Below are positions 60,593 through 64,000 of a stretch of DNA of 64,000 nt, piece by piece (within the stretch, counting starts at the first letter, position 1; the number at the start of each line of letters is the position of its first letter). Source of the DNA: Bispira polyomma (Eukaryota); the NCBI GenBank assembly GCA_965649765.1, contig OZ287758.1, forward strand, positions 5,828,001 to 5,892,000, written 5' to 3'. The position numbers and the translations under genes are program-made. Below the pieces are notes generated by a model. The model made no database searches. It had not been told where the DNA came from and saw only the letters and a list, made by a program, of their open reading frames with translations.

Positions 60593-60672
60593 AGTCCATT
60601 CCGGGTACATTGTTCATAGGCAGAACAATGGAGTCTCTCACTGCACACATAAAATGATGCTCTCTTCTACAA

Positions 60673-60870
60673 TTAACCTTGCTGCACCTCAAAGAATCTC
60701 CTGTAGTAAGGCACATTATCTATGTGTGCATTTATAGGTATGTCTCTTGTTGGTAGATGACTAAAGAAGATCTTATTATAAGTCACTAATAATACACTCT
60801 TTTCATATAGTCTGGTATCATCAGCATACAAAACTCCCTCACTCACATATAGACAGTATTTTATCATATA
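60673..60870 (-). mobile_element. Decayed LINE RT fragment
   Basis: ORF contains VLYADDTRLY (non-LTR RT catalytic motif); no other intact motifs. Confidence 0.5.
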
Positions 60871-62429
60871 TCTAATTGACTCTGTAGATGTATACCAGGT
60901 ATATCATTCCATATATGAGTTACCACATTCTTTCATCTGAACACATATGTTGGTTCTAGGTAGATATATGTACATGTATATCTTTTCTGTGTTCTATGTA
61001 CGGTACTTACAAAGTACCTAGATACATGCTCATTTATGTGTAAATCTGAATATAGATTTAGATTATTTCTTTACGTCACACAAGACAATAGTAATTTTAC
61101 AGGCTTGTTGGTAGTCACTCATTTAACTCATGGCAATATTACCTCAGCTATGACTTTGGACAATTTTTCGTTTGATATTTAGTTGAGGATTTTTTTTATC
61201 ATCAGCAAAGCAACCCATAAAGCCTGTTCTCCATATTGCTGGTACACATGTATATTTTTCGGATTTATCCATCTGTACTTGTGTAACTGCTAGCAGTACC
61301 CAAATGGAGATCACGGTAACTCATGGAGTGTCGAATTTCTGAGTTCAGTCATCAACACAACCTTTATATTGCACATATCCCAGAAACTTCAAGCAATTTG
61401 TTTGTTTGGCCTTATATTCTTGGGTTTCGTTTTTTTTTTAGTTTTTTTTTTAATTTTTCTTTTTTTTTTTTGCAAAAATATATATTTTTTTTGCTGTGGT
61501 TGTTTAAAGCTGTCTTTATATTTAGTCGTTTTCTATTCTTTCTTCTTTTGGTTGTGTTTCCTTAACTACTGTTTCTCTTTCTGAAAAGAAACAAATCATA
61601 AACATTAGGGTATCATTATGTATATATATATATTGTCGTGACAGAAACTCCAATTTGACAAGATTTGAAATTCTGTCAACAGAAACTCCAATTGCAATCT
61701 CTGTCAACAGAATTTCAAATCTTGTCAGATATATTTGACATAAATCCCAATTGGAATCTCTGACAGAAATTCAAATCTTCAGTAACATTAAAATAAATTA
61801 GTAATAATAATAATATTTATTTATCCAGGATAATATTATACAAATCACTGAAGTTAAACAACTTATAGTGTGACATTCCTTGCTTTTAAAAAAAGACATA
61901 GTAAAGGGTAAAAAAATAATAAGTTCGCGAAATATGAATAACAGTTTTCTTTTTTGAAGTTGATCAAAGGTTATTTATGTATTCCAGAGCATTACAGTAG
62001 TACCTTAAAATGGCCATAATTGACTTTTTGCAATTTACATAACAGAATGACCCTTTTTTAATGCTTTGGAAGCTGAAATGTATCATTCAAAGTTGTGTGA
62101 ATATGGATCAGAAAACAGAATTTTAATGCAGACTTTTATAACCTCTGGAATTAAACAAGAAATCAGATGAATATTACTGTGTCCCCTGCTCGTAGGTAAG
62201 TTGGAGAGAAAATATTTGTATGAACGCAGACAAGTATAAAACAAGCATCCAGTGGTACCATCACTTTTAATTTAAGGAAATTGAACAGATTTTCGCCAGG
62301 TGGGACTAGTATACCCTACATATTTTAGTTCAAAGCATTTCAAAATTTACGAGACTCAAAAAACGTTCTTCACGAAAAAATAATCTGTTTTCGTGAGGTT
62401 GGGTTAGTCTACCGTACAGAAATTGCTCT

Positions 62430-63400
62430 TAACCTCAAATATTAACTTAAAAGTGTATAGGAAGGTTTTGTGTTACAGTGTCAAAGTAATCATACATTTC
62501 GTAACTTTAAACTCATTATAATAACTTTTACTCTCAGGAGTTTAAGGCCACCATACAATAGGGTTTGTCATCAAATCCATATACATCTGTGTACCAAATA
62601 TGAATGAAATCCATCAAGCAGTTTTGGAGTTAGAGTCTAGAATGACTGAACATGCTGTAACCTTAAAGTCGTCATAAAATTTTAACTCTTAGGAATTTAA
62701 GGTCACCATACAATAAGGTTCCTCCTTATGGGGTTCCTTAGGGTTTGTCCTCAGGTCCATATATATCTGTGTACCAAATATGAATAAAATCGATCAAGCA
62801 GTTTTGGACGACAGACAACGACACCGATGACCTTCATGACATCAACTTGACCTTGATCCTAAGATCGTAGGTCAAATCTCTGGTTTCGTATAGGCTCACA
62901 ATACATTGATTACATTCCAAGTTTCAAGACTCTTGTTAATAAGATATAAAGCAAAAACATAAAAATTGGCCTTTTTTGGGCCAGAAAGGGGACCTTGACA
63001 GATCCGTTTTTTTAAAACCTTTACCAGTAAGGCTGCTGATCATTAAAAAAATATACCAGAAAGTTTGGTGGCATTGTAAGTAACCAATTAAAGATAAGAC
63101 ACAAACTGCTTGAATTCAAGGTCATAGGTCAAATTTGACCAGTGCATTAGCTTCTCTGACCCTGGTTTTCTATATGCTTATAATACATTCAAAGTGTCAA
63201 AATGCAATAATTAATTATAGTTATTCATGTTTCATAGATTTAAACAAAAAAATGAAAAAAGAAATATCCAAAATTTAAAATCTGAGCAAAATGCCATAAA
63301 CTGTTTTTAATATCTATGTGGTAAAGTATACATTTGCAAAATTTCAGACTGATCCTTCAGTCATTTTGGAGAAGATTAACCTGCAAATATTTTGAACAGC
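62430..63400. mobile_element. HINE-like repeat with internal duplications
   Basis: Duplicated block tttaagg.caccatacaata...catctgtgtaccaaatatgaat.aaatc.atcaagcagttttgga, a gacagac-like microsatellite, and a tgacct...aggtca palindrome. Confidence 0.5.
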
Positions 63401-64000
63401 CTGACTAATATATGTTTTTTACATTATCATGTTATGAATAAATTTGTTAATTATTGTTCTCTACAAAAAAAATAAAAATTAATGTGGACTTTTCCTCCCC
63501 CTCAATAAAGCTAATAGGGACTTTTCCTGGTGGGGAACTTCTGATTCACTTTATGGATGGGGGAATACTCCGTACACCACAATTTTTAATAAAGTAGGTT
63601 TCTTCATCTTTAAAAGCCTAAGGGTATGTATATATCATGCCTTAATATAAATATTATATAAAATATATGCTGATTATACATTAAATAAAATAAATAAAAT
63701 AATGCACGTATCAGGTGAAAATTCTGAATGACTTATAGTATTATCAACTACCGTATTTGACATAATTACCGCACATGCCCCATTAACCGCACATCCCGTA
63801 GTCCTCTTCCTGGGCGTTGATAAATCCATCCTTATGACCTGGCTAGGTTTTTTATTTTTCTATTGGCTGATTGATTCTGATGTTGCGCCTTAGAAGATGC
63901 CTAGCATCAATAAGGCGCGTTAAAAATGCATAATACAATACAATCCCCTAATTTTATGTTTGGTATGGTTCTCTATTTAAGATATTACTTCAGCCTTATG

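Overview
AT-rich, intron-rich animal genomic DNA. It is most consistent with a lophotrochozoan, probably a mollusc, which I infer from the coiled-coil C1qDC gene, HINE-type elements and SINE types. Three spliced genes can be rebuilt by hand. (1) + strand, 101-14681: the last 8 coding exons (299 aa, 5' end outside the window) of an MH2-only protein resembling Drosophila Expansion/Rebuf rather than a true SMAD. Three of its splice junctions have been tandemly amplified into the adjacent introns. (2) - strand, 32932-20055: a 3-coding-exon secreted coiled-coil + C1q-domain gene with a frameshift in a G14 run. (3) + strand, 42630-53585: the last three exons (cyclic-nucleotide-binding domain and tail) of an HCN/Ih channel. 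I could not find its upstream exons in the window, it needs a GC donor, and a 1-nt frameshift hides a -SQL C-terminus. A structurally complete but defective Ngaro-type tyrosine-recombinase retrotransposon (43926-50257, split direct repeats A1-B1-A2-B2) sits antisense in an HCN intron. The remainder is MITEs (hAT, Harbinger, pogo-like, 9-bp-TSD), HINEs, SINEs, LINE fragments and minisatellites. No prokaryotic features, CRISPR arrays, rRNA or bona fide tRNA genes were seen. All family assignments come from motif recognition by eye, not from database searches.
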